Both the position numbers and the translations under genes were made by a program. A DNA stretch of 63,552 bases, filler included, from Lenisia limosa (lineage: Eukaryota; Protista; Breviatea), in assembly GCA_001655205.1 (NCBI GenBank). It is 12 parts of 12 records of this genome, joined end to end, with 100 filler letters (N's around TTAATTAATTAA, not from the genome) between each part and the next. Parts side by side here need not be neighbours in the genome. Positions count along the whole stretch, not along the records: positions 5,944 to 28,692 come from LPNZ01007879.1; positions 28,793 to 34,033 come from LPNZ01010280.1; positions 34,134 to 38,632 come from LPNZ01001889.1; positions 38,733 to 40,703 come from LPNZ01007723.1; 8 more parts are not named here. One strand, written 5' to 3'. Shown here in pieces: positions 27,410 through 40,229 of this stretch (positions within the stretch are counted from its first letter, which is position 1; every line of letters starts with the position of its first letter). Under the pieces are notes generated by a model. The model saw only the letters and a list, made by a program, of their open reading frames with translations, had not been told where the DNA came from and did no database searches.

Positions 27410-27878
27410 TTATTTCCTATTTAGGAAGGCAACCACGGAGGAAATGAACTCTCGCGGGCGTGATTCATGCACCCAGTGATCCGACCCTGGGGGGGAGGTA
27501 AAATTGGAAAATATTCAGATATGATATCATACAGTATACATGTACTGTATATGAAACAAAAATGTCCATAATTGGGTAAATTGAAGGAAATTACCATGAA
27601 GAATATTGGAGTAAAGGTATAACCAGGGGAGGGAGGGGGGGTAAAATGGATGAAACAAAAAGGCCGAAAATCAACTCTGTTAGCATTTCCATCATTTATG
27701 ATGCCACCCAACTATAGCTTCACTGTGGTTGAAAAAGACAGGTGAAATGGATAGTTTTCGGATTTATCGAGAAATTCGGTCTTTTTCGAACCGAAGTGAA
27801 GCCCTATTCCCAACATACCGGCAATTGGAAGAATTTCCGTATTTCGCCCGAATAGCTAAAATGTTAAACATGTGATGA
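27410..27878 (-). CDS. C-terminal exons of an alpha/beta hydrolase (ABHD11-like esterase)
   Basis: Spliced LFGRNTEILPIAG|SDHWVHESRPREFISSVVAFLNRK* with a phase-1 join matches the GHWVH..P..F...V..FL catalytic-His motif. Stop at 27410-27412. Confidence 0.6.
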
Positions 27879-27938
27879 TCTTGATTGTTTACTATGCATA
27901 AAATAAGACAATATGATATGGTTATACTCTTTATTATA

Positions 27939-28015
27939 CAGTGACCGGGATAAGTCTTGACCGATTTATCAATGATTTCACAAGGATTATCGGTCAAGAC
28001 TTATCCCGGTCACTG
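27939..28015. mobile_element. MITE family A (Tc1/mariner-type, ~77 bp), best copy
   Basis: Perfect 27-bp TIR CAGTGACCGGGATAAGTCTTGACCGAT flanked by TA on both sides. Other copies at about 52-129, 5111-5183, 6089-6156, 24564-24641, 32257-32334, 34335-34445, 37283-37350, 53581-53640, 59105-59182 and 61322-61396. Confidence 0.9.
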
Positions 28016-28808
28016 TATATGATATATACATGTTTGTCTAGTATATAATAAATTTTATCTATATAGCAATATGTGTGAATNNNNNNNNNNNNNNNNNNNN
28101 NNNNNNNNNNNNNNNNNNNNNNNNNNNNNNNNNNNNNNNNNNNNNNNNNNNNNNNNNNNNNNNNNNNNNNNNNNNNNNNNNNNNNNNNNNNNNNNNNNNN
28201 NNNNNNNNNNNNNNNNNNNNNNNNNNNNNNNNNNNNNNNNNNNNNAGGAGCAGTTTGAAACTCCAGCTAAAAACCTTGAGGACAAATCAATAATTTTAGG
28301 CCTTCGTGCAATTTATTTACTGAAGAAATTTTTTGATAAAACTGGAAATTATCAAAAGGGGTTCTCTTTACCGCTTCAAAACTCATTCGACTTCTAATAC
28401 TGTGTGACGAATGGAAAACACAAATATTTATAATCGGCCAGATCATTATGATCATTACTGCTGCTTGAGAAAGCGTCATTTCCCTAGTTATTACCCATTA
28501 CTTACCCTTCTTACCTACCATTTCTTTCAATGTTAAAACTATTACTATTATGATGATGATGTTGAAACTATTATTGATGTTATGATGATGATGTTAAAAC
28601 TATTAATGTTAAAACTATTATTCATGGTATGATGATGATGTGACCCTCACCCTACAGTCCTCAACCTTTCGCCATTCATTACCAGATATAGTNNNNNNNN
28701 NNNNNNNNNNNNNNNNNNNNNNNNNNNNNNNNNNNNTTAATTAATTAANNNNNNNNNNNNNNNNNNNNNNNNNNNNNNNNNNNNNNNNNNNNAACTAATT
28801 TCCTCTAG

Positions 28809-29230
28809 ACGCTGGAATTGCTGCAGGCGTCGCCCTTCTGTTCATCATAATCTGCTGTTGCTGCTGTAAAAAGAAGAAAAAGAAGAACTCCGTGGGTTGG
28901 TAGTAGGGCTTCACTTTGGCTATTTACCGGAAGCCCAAGTTGATAGATATTGGCCATTAAAAGCCTTGGCCAGATTTGGCCTTTTTTTTTATTGTTATTA
29001 TTTTTTATTGTTGTTTTTGTTGTCGTTTTTTGAAGAAAGTCCATGTAAATTTTGAACTGCAATTACTCTATCCCTTTGATTTTTTTTTTTTTCCTCTCCA
29101 CCCCACCCTAGGGTTTTGTTTCATCAATTTTTGCCATTTTACTCCCACAGGTATCGCCAATGATCCCGATGAGTACCGGGCGTCCAAACGTGCGCCCGCG
29201 CAAGCTCTGAGCGCCAATTTTGAGAACCTA
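28809..29230 (+). CDS. C-terminal part of a single-pass membrane protein
   Basis: Exon AGIAAGVALLFIIICCCCCKKKKKKNS encodes a TM helix, a Cys cluster and a polybasic stop-transfer. The next exon starts at 29151 after a family-C acceptor. Confidence 0.6.
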
Positions 29231-30742
29231 TTAGTCATGTTTCTAGGGGGGTATTTGAGTATTTATTGTGGTTTTTTTGATATGATTGTTTCGGATCTTG
29301 ATCGTTTGATCGCAGTATGGTTAGGTTTGTTTGATTTATCATTATTTGAAATGTTAAAGGGTTTTTTTTCATTCACAATTCTTATGTGGGTGATTATTGT
29401 GAACAAGAAGGGGGGAATATATTCTATCAAAAAAAAATCTTTCGTTTTGGCTTCCAGGTTAAGGAATATCATCAAGGTATATTATCCATAAACGACCACA
29501 ACAAAAAATGAACTGAACGTCACCCAATTTGTGTTTCATGTTTTTTTTTTAAAAATAAATTTTGACTTATTCATTTTTTTTTTTTATTAGTTGGTTATTT
29601 TATTGATACAACATCTTCCGATTTTTCTTTAATTCATTACTGCATCATTTGAGTAAACGGACACAATAAACAAAAGAGTAAAAGAGCAGGTGTAAAACAT
29701 TCCTCAACATTCGTTCNNNNNNNNNNNNNNNNNNNNNNNNNNNNNNNNNNNNNNNNNNNNNNNNNNNNNNNNNNNNNNNNNNNNNNNNNNNNNNNNNNNN
29801 NNNNNNNTGGAGGGATACATAGTTAGTATGGAGTGGTGAGAGATGCGTCTTCTTTATATATTCAGAATGAGAGAACTATGTTTTAAAATTAATTAGGACT
29901 ATCTCTGATTAAGGGTAAAATTTTTGAGGCCTCCTGGCGATGCGAACAGAGGGATGTGTGGCGATGATCATGAATGGATGAATTGATATGGGGGTCATGA
30001 TGGTTAATGTTGACAATGAATATTGAGGGAAATCAGCACCATATCCCTCCGTTTGGATGCGGTGCTAGTTCCCGGTGTACTGCTCCGTGTTTCTCAATTA
30101 TTGAGAGTGTGTTTCTCAAGTTTCTCCAGTGTTTATTGAATGGTTCTTAGGGGTCATTGTGCGTTTATTGTTAATTTCTCAAGTTTTTTTTTTTTAATGT
30201 TTCTCAAGGTTCTTAGGGTTTATTGAATGTTGAGCCAGCAGAGTTAATTGTGAGCTTATAAATTTCCCATTTTNNNNNNNNNNNNNNNNNNNNNNNNNNN
30301 NNNNNNNNNNNNNNNNNNNNNNNNNNNNNNNNNNNNNNNNNNNNNNNNNNNNNNNNNNNNNNNNNNNNNNNNNNNNNNNNNNNNNNNNNNNNNATTTATT
30401 TTATTGTTTCATGAATTCAAAAATTTCCCTGTTTACCCTGGAGTTCTGGGATGCGGTGCTGCAGAAGCAACTGGAATGGGCTTTGTTTGTTTCAGCCAAC
30501 ATAATTAATTTGGGCTTTTTTTTTGTTTTATAAATTGTCCAATTTTACTCTACTGTACCGTCCATACCCCCCTCCCCCCACAACGTAATNNNNNNNNNNN
30601 NNNNNNNNNNNNNNNNNNNNNNNNNNNNNNNNNNNNNNNNNNNNNNNNNNNNNNNNNNNNNNNNNNNNNNNNNNNNNNNNNNNNNNNNTTCGGGAAATTC
30701 AATCTTTTTTTTGGACCGTCAGCGAAGCCCTAAATATCCCGC

Positions 30743-32150
30743 AGCTCTCCACGCAGCAGTCTACAACGGCGACATCATAGCCGTAATGGACAGTTTGTCA
30801 GCTAACCCCGAAGCTATCATGGAGTTTGACTCATGGTGGGGTTTTAAATAGGTCTTCACTTCGGTTCAAAAAAATAAAATATGGATAACTTTCGAAGATT
30901 TATCGAGAAATTCAGATATTTTTTTGTACCTAAGTGAAGTCCCATATAAACTACTGGGNNNNNNNNNNNNNNNNNNNNNNNNNNNNNNNNNNNNNNNNNN
31001 NNNNNNNNNNNNNNNNNNNNNNNNNNNNNNNNNNNNNNNNNNNNNNNNNNNNNNNNNNNNNNNNNNNNNNNNNNNNNNNNNNNNNNNNNNNNNNNNNNNN
31101 NNNNNNNNNNNNNNNNNNNNNNNNNNNNNNNNNNNNNNNNNNNNNNNNNNNNNNNNNNNNNNNNNNNNNNNNNNNNNNNNNNNNNNNNNTGAGATTGTGG
31201 GCATTCTCATTGACAGAGGCGCCAACCCCAATATGAACGTAGGTACGGGATAGTTTTTTGAGAACTGGAATGTTTGGAGTATTAATTAATAAAAACAAAA
31301 GACAAATATAAACAATACGCATTATGTACAGATACTATGAATCCTTTGAAGCAGTTTTTGTATGTTCACCTTCGGGGACGTTATAAATATTTAAGTTATT
31401 ATAGCTATCACTGCTATCGTCATAAACATGCAGATGACGATCCGCATTTAACCTTCGAATAGGACATCCACTTGAACAGTGCTCTTCACATAGCAGCTGC
31501 TGGAAGCCACATTGCCACTATTGAGCTTCTATTGAGGTTGGGGGTGGGGGGGATTGGGTTTCGTTTCGGTCTGAAATATTCCTGAATGTCGTCGAGATAT
31601 TCTATTATCTTTTATTGAGAGCAAAAGAATATTAAATGCAATTTTGGGGATTCTAAAGAATACATAGTCACACCATTAACCTTAATTATCACTTTGACTT
31701 ATCTCCAAGGATATCAATTTTTGTTCCGAGTTTTGTGTTCAATACATCCCATCTATAAATTACTTGTCAACTCGAGTTAGCCTGTCCAAAAACTCTAACT
31801 TTACAGGAGTGGTGGTGACATTCAGCAAAAAGACAGCAGAGGAAGAAGTCCTTTGCAATGGTATCCTGGGACTCCAATTGAACCGATTTTTCAACTTTAT
31901 TTGACATTAAGGCGGTTTCAGGACTGACAAGTCCCATAATGATAGACTACTTGGGATGAACCGTTGTCTTATTCTCTCTAATCATCTTCGCTCAATAAAT
32001 GGCCATATAATCGGAGCATAAGTTAAAAAGGTAAAACAAAACATATTACGAACTGGGTATCATCAATTCTGTAATAATTCATTTTTATTTATCCTTCAGG
32101 ATCCAAGAGAGATGTGCAAGATTAGAGAACTCACAACCCAATCAAATGTA
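30743..32150 (+). CDS. Small ankyrin-repeat protein, partial
   Basis: Exons ALHAAVYNGDIIAV, EIVGILIDRGANPN, NSALHIAAAGSHIATIELLLR and GGDIQQKDSRGRSPLQW. Confidence 0.75.
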
Positions 32151-34179
32151 GGCTAGAATACGTTATCCTTCACGTCGGTCCAAAAAAGACCGGTAAAATG
32201 TGGACAGTTTTCGAGGAATCATCGAACATTTAGTATTTTATGGAGAAGTGAAGCATATATGACCGCGATAAGTCCTGACACGGATATTGAGCTTTATCTT
32301 TAGTCAATCGTGTCAGGACTTATCGCGGTCAGTGCACTGTGATTGTAGGAACTGTTTTGGCTCTAATATGTGACCCAATATGATGTGGACTGCTGATACA
32401 ACCTTGTTTTATTTCTCATCACTGTATATCACCTAAACCAACGCAACGTGTCAACTGACTTGATTCTTAATAGTTGTGTGACCCTTGAGGTCTTTAACAC
32501 TAAGCTATTAGCGTAACGTTTAGAATTGCATACATAAGCGCTTGGAACAAAACAAACAAGTCTCAAAATCAAAATCAGTTAAACGATACGCTGAACAACA
32601 GCTCATAAAGATTCAGAGTGAACAAAAATTCACCCCCTTTTTGCTGACCCTTCAGTCGTCTTTTCTCCGAACTTCTGCTCTCCTTTGGCCACTCGGCCAT
32701 TCAACGACAGAGGCATGATGAAGTAAGGGGGGTGGACAGTGTATGTCTTAAAATTAGAGACATGTTTGTGCTTTGATGAGAAAAATAAGTTCGTATTCTG
32801 GTTCATTTTTATTTATCATCTCTACATTTGATTTAATNNNNNNNNNNNNNNNNNNNNNNNNNNNNNNNNNNNNNNNNNNNNNNNNNNNNNNNNNNNNNNN
32901 NNNNNNNNNNNNNNNNNNNNNNNNNNNNNNNNNNNNNNNNNNNNNATCAGGATGTTATGGACCAATTATGCCAGAAGGCTGCAGCAATGGTGATGGAACC
33001 TCAAAGCGTCCCAAATGTTGCTGATTTGTTATCAAGGTTGATGCTCTGAATGTATCTGAAACCTCTGAGTATAAAGATGTTTCCTGATTTGGTGAACAGG
33101 CCATTTTTTTGACAATAATTCGTCGATAAATAAATGATTTAAACAAGCCCTGATTTTGAAGGTCAAAAATGGCTGTATCACACACACAAAATCAAATACA
33201 AGGACTAAATTAGAGGGAGTTTTTCTGTTCACTTTCGGTGTAAGCGGGGGGAAGGTCAACANNNNNNNNNNNNNNNNNNNNNNNNNNNNNNNNNNNNNNN
33301 NNNNNNNNNNNNNNNNNNNNNNNNNNNNNNNNNNNNNNNNNNNNNNNNNNNNNNNNNNNNNNNNNNNNNNNNNNNNNNNNNNNNNNNNNNNNNNNNNNNA
33401 AATATCGATAGTTATCGTGGCTTTTGTGAGGCTCTAGCAAGAAGAAAGCAGAAACCTTCTTCGAGAGAAGGATAAGAAAAGAACAAAAACGCTACAACAA
33501 CAACTAGGACTAGGAACCATACCCGACATCATGACCACCAAAACCCAATCCGTACCGGAAGGAGAACCGCCGGTAGGAGGAGACAAAACGACGGGTTCGG
33601 AAGGGCGCGGCTGCTCGGAGGGTTGCTGGGGGGCCTATATGGTAAAATTATATTAATAAAAAAAGGTACACTATTTTCACTCCAAAAAAAACACTCCGAA
33701 CTCAATTTCCGCATGACTCCCGATATTTTTGATAACCCTTGATTGATTCTGGGTTATTTGTTTCATTTTTTTCCTTCTCTCTCACCAACCCCCTGCTGCT
33801 GATTTGCTTCTTGTTGCTTTGAAATGGCCATATCATCCATGCCATGCATAGCATACTACATGAGTCAATAATGGTGTTCACTTTCGCTTAGAGCTTCACT
33901 TTCGGTTACAAAAAAGAATGAATTCTTGATAAATCCTCAATCAATATCAATATGTCGTCAGTCTTTTGGAAGAAAAAGTGAAGAACATGAGGTGTTTTAT
34001 CGCAATAATCCACTCATCCTTTTGCCTGCATATNNNNNNNNNNNNNNNNNNNNNNNNNNNNNNNNNNNNNNNNNNNNTTAATTAATTAANNNNNNNNNNN
34101 NNNNNNNNNNNNNNNNNNNNNNNNNNNNNNNNNTTTTTTGTTTCATAAATTTTCCAATATTACCCCCCTCCTCTCCCAG

Positions 34180-37100
34180 CCACCAACATGGATTCCGAAC
34201 CAACCCGGCTTTCCTTTGTCATCTTACCAAAAGCCCGGCTCTCGCTGTACTATGAAAATGGCCCTGTTTCGTCCAAGGTTTCCGATTCGGTGAGGGGTGT
34301 GCTGTGATTATGATGGTGAATAGATAGATGTACACAGTGACTGGGGTAAGTCTTGACCTATTCATCATACGGTGACCTGGATAAGTCGTGACCTATTTTC
34401 CTCGAGAAATTATAAAGCAAATCGGTCAAAGACTTCTCCCGATCGTTCTATGCATATGTAGGTACCTCGTCTCTTCTACCTCTTTGGACTCTTTATTTTG
34501 CTCTTAGTTTTTGAAAAAAAAAAGATTATTGATTTTTATAAAACGTTATATGAGGGGGGTGGGATCAAAGGGCTGTGTATATATACAGTATAATGGATGT
34601 AAGAGGGGGCAGGCGGTTAGGGTTGAGCAAAAAAAAGTATGTCATATACTACATGCACACATTTATAATATTACGATGACCCTTGATAAAACTGCATTAC
34701 TATTCCTTCTTGTTTCCTTCCCATTATACATATGCTCGAGGTCCTAAACTATGTCGTTAATTCGAATTATTGTCGTTAATTCAANNNNNNNNNNNNNNNN
34801 NNNNNNNNNNNNNNNNNNNNNNNNNNNNNNNNNNNNNNNNNNNNNNNNNNNNNNNNNNNNNNNNNNNNNNNNNNNNNNNNNNNNNNNNNNNNNNNNNNNN
34901 NNNNNNNNNNNNNNNNNNNNNNNGTGCGAGCGTGGCGCTAAAAAAAATAAATTTCCACGATAAAGTGCTGATCTTGCAAAAAAAAAATTGAAAGGTTATA
35001 TTTTTCTTTTTCCTTCAGAAACAAATTAAGTGTGTATATCTCAGAAATATATTACTGTTTTGAAGGGGAATAGCTGATTTGCCGACCGTAAATAATTAAC
35101 GACATTAATTCGAAATAACGGCATAATTTTGGACCTTGAGCATATACATGTAATTATATACATGTATATACAAATACAATTTGTCAAAATTCATGATTTA
35201 AGGTATAAAAATGCTTTGAAAAGCAGGCGAGTTCTATTGACCTCATTATTTTCATGGATTTGATTATGACCCTTCAGATTACCCTGTCGCCCTATCTAGG
35301 TGACTACGAAACAATGGTCCCTTCATTTAACTGGACAATTACCAATGACGCTGACGGTTCCATCGTTACGCTTCCGTTCGTAAAGTATGGGGGGGGGGGG
35401 AGAGAGAAAGGGGGTTGACAAAAAGGGAAGAGTTATAAAAATATTGCCCTGTCAGCATCTTAAGATATGAATCGGTGATACAGATGCGAGGCTTTTTTTG
35501 GTTGTTATCAACCCTCGTGTTGTCAGATCACAGAGTTGATTTTGGGCTTGTTTTTCTTTTATAAATTTCCTAATTTAACTCCCCACCTCCCCCAGCAACG
35601 AGAAGGATTTAACCCTCCCCGCCAATATGCCGGTCGGGTCATTCACTGTCCAAATCGTAGTCACCTTCGACATGCCAGTGGAACTCAGCAAATCGGTCAC
35701 AGTTGAAATCGTCCAAGGTCCCACTATCACGGCGTTTAGCGTGTCTCCCACCACCGGTTTGGGGGATGAAGTAGGCTTCCCTTCGGTCCCAAAAAAGACT
35801 GAATTTCTCGATAAATTCTCGAAACCAATATTAGTTAGACGGCCTTTTTCGGACCGTATTGAAGCCCAAGGGATGAGTTTTTAGGGCTTCACTTCGGTTC
35901 AAAAAAGACCCACAAAGTATCGATAGTTTTCGAGAGTTTATCGAGAAATTCAGTCTTTTTTTTCTGACCGAAGTGAAGCCCAAGTGAAACCCTATAGTGA
36001 GTAAGGTTTCCCAAACCGTCAAAATATCGATATTTATTGAGAATTATCGGGAGGTTTGGTCTTTTTTGGGACCGTAGGGAAGCCCTCTCAGAGAAGGGTG
36101 AGTGAGTGAAAATGGAGTTTAGATGATGTCTTAATGTAGCAGAGGGGTCTTGGGTAGGGCACTTCGGTTCGAAAAAGACCGAAAATATCGATTTTCGAGG
36201 AATAAATTGTCTGTATTTGAATCGAAGTGAAGCCCTGTTCCTGGGTCTTATATGTTGGTTTTAATGGTTCTCTTTATGAATGTTGTTCTTTATGTGGTGT
36301 GGGGTGGTTTGTGTGTGTTTGTTTTCTTGTTCTTTTCTTATCGTTCATTTCCCCCCATTCTTTCAAGCCTTTTCAGATAATCTCTGTTATTGGTTTGATA
36401 TTAGAATGGATTGGAAGAATATATCATATTTTGATTCGTATCATAAATATAATCCCCTTTTCACCAACCATTACCCAGGTGTTTCCCTCGAAACGGTGTT
36501 TACGGCTACATATGCCGCCACCTACGAGGGTGCTGTTGACGACACTTATGCCGAACTGAAGTGCAATGGTTGGGGGGGGGGGGTTAGCAGGGNNNNNNNN
36601 NNNNNNNNNNNNNNNNNNNNNNNNNNNNNNNNNNNNNNNNNNNNNNNNNNNNNNNNNNNNNNNNNNNNNNNNNNNNTGGATCAAAGGAAGATGAAACTAG
36701 AATCATAGTGATAAAGTCTCTATTGAAACGGGAAAAAGTCTCTATTGAAACTAGGATCATAGAGATAAAGTCTCTATTGAAACTTGGATCACAGAGAAAA
36801 GTCTTTATTGAAATAAGAATCATAAAGATCCGGCGGTTAATGTGGAGTACCTTTCGGAGATGGGTAATTGTGGTGGTGTATGTGGGAGAGGGGGGTTGAA
36901 GTTGATTTTGGGCTTCATTGGTTTCCATAATTTTCCATTTCCACTTCTGGAGTGATGGNNNNNNNNNNNNNNNNNNNNNNNNNNNNNNNNNNNNNNNNNN
37001 NNNNNNNNNNNNNNNNNNNNNNNNNNNNNNNNNNNNNNNNNNNNNNNNNNNNNNNNNNNNNNNNNNNNNNNNNNNNNNNNNNNATATATTTTTCAATTTT

Positions 37101-38564
37101 ACCCCCCTCCCCCCAGAGGACAGCAGTATCTACGCCGAAGGCGAGTACGGACAGTTCTCGTTCACATTCAAACTGGGATCTGTTGGCGACTTCACTTTGA
37201 CCCTTGTGTTCTTTGACGAGAATTACGTTTACGATTTGGGTAGGTGGAGTGTTTTGTCACTCAACTTTGTCAACCAACATATACAGGGACTGGGATAATG
37301 CTTGACTGATTTGCTATGATTTCCGTGGAAAATAGGTCAAGATTATCCCAGGATGCGGTGCTGCAGAAGCGACTGGCCTTGGCTTTGTGTTTTTCAAACT
37401 GCTGTGTTTGAAGCCAACAGAGTTGATTTGGGGTGTTTTTTTATGTATTATTTATTATACATATCTTATATATTATGTATTATATATCGATATATAAATA
37501 TTTTTTTGTAATTGTAGATTATATTTTTTTATATTTGTCCAAGTTTACACTCTTTCCCCAGCCGACAGCCAAACCATCACAGTCACTGCAACAACCAAGG
37601 ACTTGACCGATACCCTCAAGCAGGTACTGTTTGAAATCAAAACTATCAATAAATCCTCCAAAACTATCCATACATCAATATATCTTCGATAAATGTCTAT
37701 AAATCCTCAATAGAAATCCATTAATACAAAATTTGATAGTTCAACAGCCGGTTGTGAACCAGAGAAACCCCTCTTACTCCTATTCGCTCTTCTTTTTAAT
37801 GATTTTTATCCCTGCGTTGTGTCACTCAATAAATCCTCTATTGATAAACTCTTGTTAAAAACAAGGTTCCCTCTCCTCTTACCTGTTCAGTGCATCGACG
37901 GCGACATCAGTGACGACGAATACGCTGGAATTGTCGGGGCCGTTCTAGCCAAGGAAGAAATGACTGATTCGGAGGTTGGAGGGGGGGGGGGGGGGGNNNN
38001 NNNNNNNNNNNNNNNNNNNNNNNNNNNNNNNNNNNNNNNNNNNNNNNNNNNNNNNNNNNNNTCCCAATAGTTTTCTGGTCTTTTGATACCAAAAGTAAAG
38101 CTCTAAAACCAACATTGGAGGGAAAAAAAACGAGGGGGCTCAGCGGATTATTAAACAAAGACATCAGGGTGAATTAATAACCATTATTCAATATCTCTGA
38201 TTCGGTTTCGGCCAGATACATTATCTTTTAAAGCGTGATGGTGTGGAGGCTTCTTTTTTATTTCTAATTGCTATACAGATAAAAATAATGTTGGCTTAGC
38301 ATTTTTATTGTGGCTCCGTTCAATTATTTTTGTGATGAAATTTGACATTTAAGTGTCCGAAATACTCTGTCCCACTTCAATTATTTATCCGATTAATTAC
38401 ACAGAGCCCTAATTTTAATATTCAAACGAGCGCACCTGAGAAAAGGGCTTACCAAATATCCTTTATATCCTCACATCCCCCAGGTTAAAGCCACAATGGA
38501 GGTTTTAAACGACATTTGGAGTAGCGATTTGTTGTTCTCAGCTGCTGCCACCCTCGTGGACTAT
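34180..38564 (+). CDS. REJ-module / polycystin-1-like extracellular protein, partial
   Basis: Exons join in frame: PSFNWTITND..KDLTLPANMPVGSFTVQIVVT..GPTITAFSVSPTTG|VSLETVFTATY..FSFTFKLGSVGDFTLTLVFFD..ITVTATT, then helical exons (CIDGDISDDEYAGIVGAVLA, VKATMEVLNDIWSSDLLFSAAATLVDY). This matches the REJ V.P..G..L.T.F motif. Confidence 0.6.
34727..35146. mobile_element. Probable ~420-bp TIR element (family F)
   Basis: The ~53-bp arm catatgctcgaggtcctaaactatgtcgttaattcgaattattgtcgttaatt is mirrored at 35094-35146 with a few mismatches. The interior contains an N gap. Confidence 0.65.
35470..35595 (+). repeat. Family C dispersed repeat ending at an intron 3' splice site (example copy)
   Basis: tcaaccctcgtgttgtcagatcacagagttgattttgggcttgtttttcttttataaatttcctaatttaactcccccacctcccccAG. 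About 20 copies in the window (see findings). Confidence 0.85.
36700..36830. repeat. Degenerate intronic tandem repeat
   Basis: aaagtctctattgaaac recurs 4 times with variable spacers. Confidence 0.8.
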
Positions 38565-38751
38565 GTGGGAAGGGGGGAGGTATTTGTACATAATTATGTA
38601 GTATTATTTGCAAATGCTCTGCCTATAAGTATNNNNNNNNNNNNNNNNNNNNNNNNNNNNNNNNNNNNNNNNNNNNTTAATTAATTAANNNNNNNNNNNN
38701 NNNNNNNNNNNNNNNNNNNNNNNNNNNNNNNNCCCCCCCCCCCCCATCAAG

Positions 38752-39734
38752 GTTGACAAGATCCTCCAGGATGTCTGGCGCATGCTCATCCGCGGCACCC
38801 GCTGGCACTCTCACCGGGAGGCCATGATCGCCGAACATGAGCTTGTGTACTCGGAGTGGGCAATGCGGAGCCGTCGTACAAGGGTTCTCGAATCTTTAAG
38901 GAAGGTTAGTACTGTTTATTTCTTTGAACCTTTTTGTAACATCATTTTCCGACAAATCTATTTATAGTGATATGACGACCCCCCCCCCCTCCTNNNNNNN
39001 NNNNNNNNNNNNNNNNNNNNNNNNNNNNNNNNNNNNNNNNNNNNNNNNNNNNNNNNNNNNNNNNNNNNNNNNNNNNNNNNNNNNNNNNNNNNNNNNNNNN
39101 NNNCTCTACCCTGAGATGAGTTTGTATAATTGTTAAGGTTTGGAACTGCAAATTGGAGATTGAAGTCCAGGCCATTAAGAGTGTCCCAGGATACCCCAAA
39201 AAGGGTTGCATTGTGTCTCTGGACATTCGATGGTCTAAGGTGAGGGTTGAGGGGGGGCGGGGCCACCTTGCGAAAATTTTCATATTCTTGGCAAAATTAA
39301 CGTATTAGCCCTGGGGTTGGTGCTCGCTTGACTCACCATTGGTTTCTGCAATGGCAAGGTCGTGGACTATGAGATCCGGCAAACCCCACCGAGTCCAAGT
39401 TCATCGCGATTGTTGATGTCAGCGCCAAGGTCCTTGACCCCATGGTGAGACTCTTTGGGATTCTAATACCTTTTTTTTTTTTCTTTTTTTCTGGATAGTG
39501 TTTAACATTGAAGGGATCTGTCAATATCATTGGGAACCTGTTACGAACCCACAAGCTATTCGTGACGACCGTAGTGAGTTTGAAGTTGTTTATTTTACTT
39601 CATCTTTCTATTTCTGAATAAGATTTTAACCTTTTATTAAGCTACATGATCAAGACTCCTGCGTCAAGCAGTCAATTGACGACGAAATGCTCAAGTGGAA
39701 GAAGGTTGTTAAAAAGAAGGAGGTCCGCAGCTAA
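38752..39734 (+). CDS. 3' part of a hypothetical protein
   Basis: Exons VDKILQDVWRMLIRG.., VWNCKLEIEVQAIKSVPGYPKKGCIVSLDIRWSK, DPANPTESKFIAIVDVSAKVLDPM and GSVNIIGNLLRTHKLF, with a terminal exon ending KKKEVRS* at 39734. Confidence 0.5.
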
Positions 39735-40229
39735 TACCCTACAAGTTTAAACCCGCTAAGAATAGTATTAATATCAAAAACAGTGACCACCTTAACCTTT
39801 GATTTAGCTGTATGATCATGACTCCTGCGTCAAGAAGTCAATTGACGTCGAAATGCCAGAGTGGGAAAAGGCTTGAAGAATGAAGAGTTGCTTCAATAGT
39901 CATATTTTTTTAGGAAAAGTTGAAGGTACTGAAGACAATAAAGAAAGTCCTCGCGGAGTTTCGATAAGGCCATAGTCAAGGCAGTTGCATCGGTTTACAA
40001 GACNNNNNNNNNNNNNNNNNNNNNNNNNNNGACCATTGTCTTTATCACTAAGCTCTTAACTGCTCATGTGCTTTTTACCGTAAGTCTATTTCTTATACTA
40101 TATTAAAAAAAGTTTGGTCAAAACTTCTTTTTTTTTGGGGGGGGGGGGTCTATAATTGCAATATTCAACAATAAGGAATGGTAAACATCATCGATACAAG
40201 GCAATGTTTCCTATTTGGAAAAATGAAAT

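Noticed and set aside
28976-29491. 171-aa hydrophobic ORF
   Set aside because: It is mostly T-rich intron and 3' flank sequence. Only the part from 29151 is plausibly exonic.
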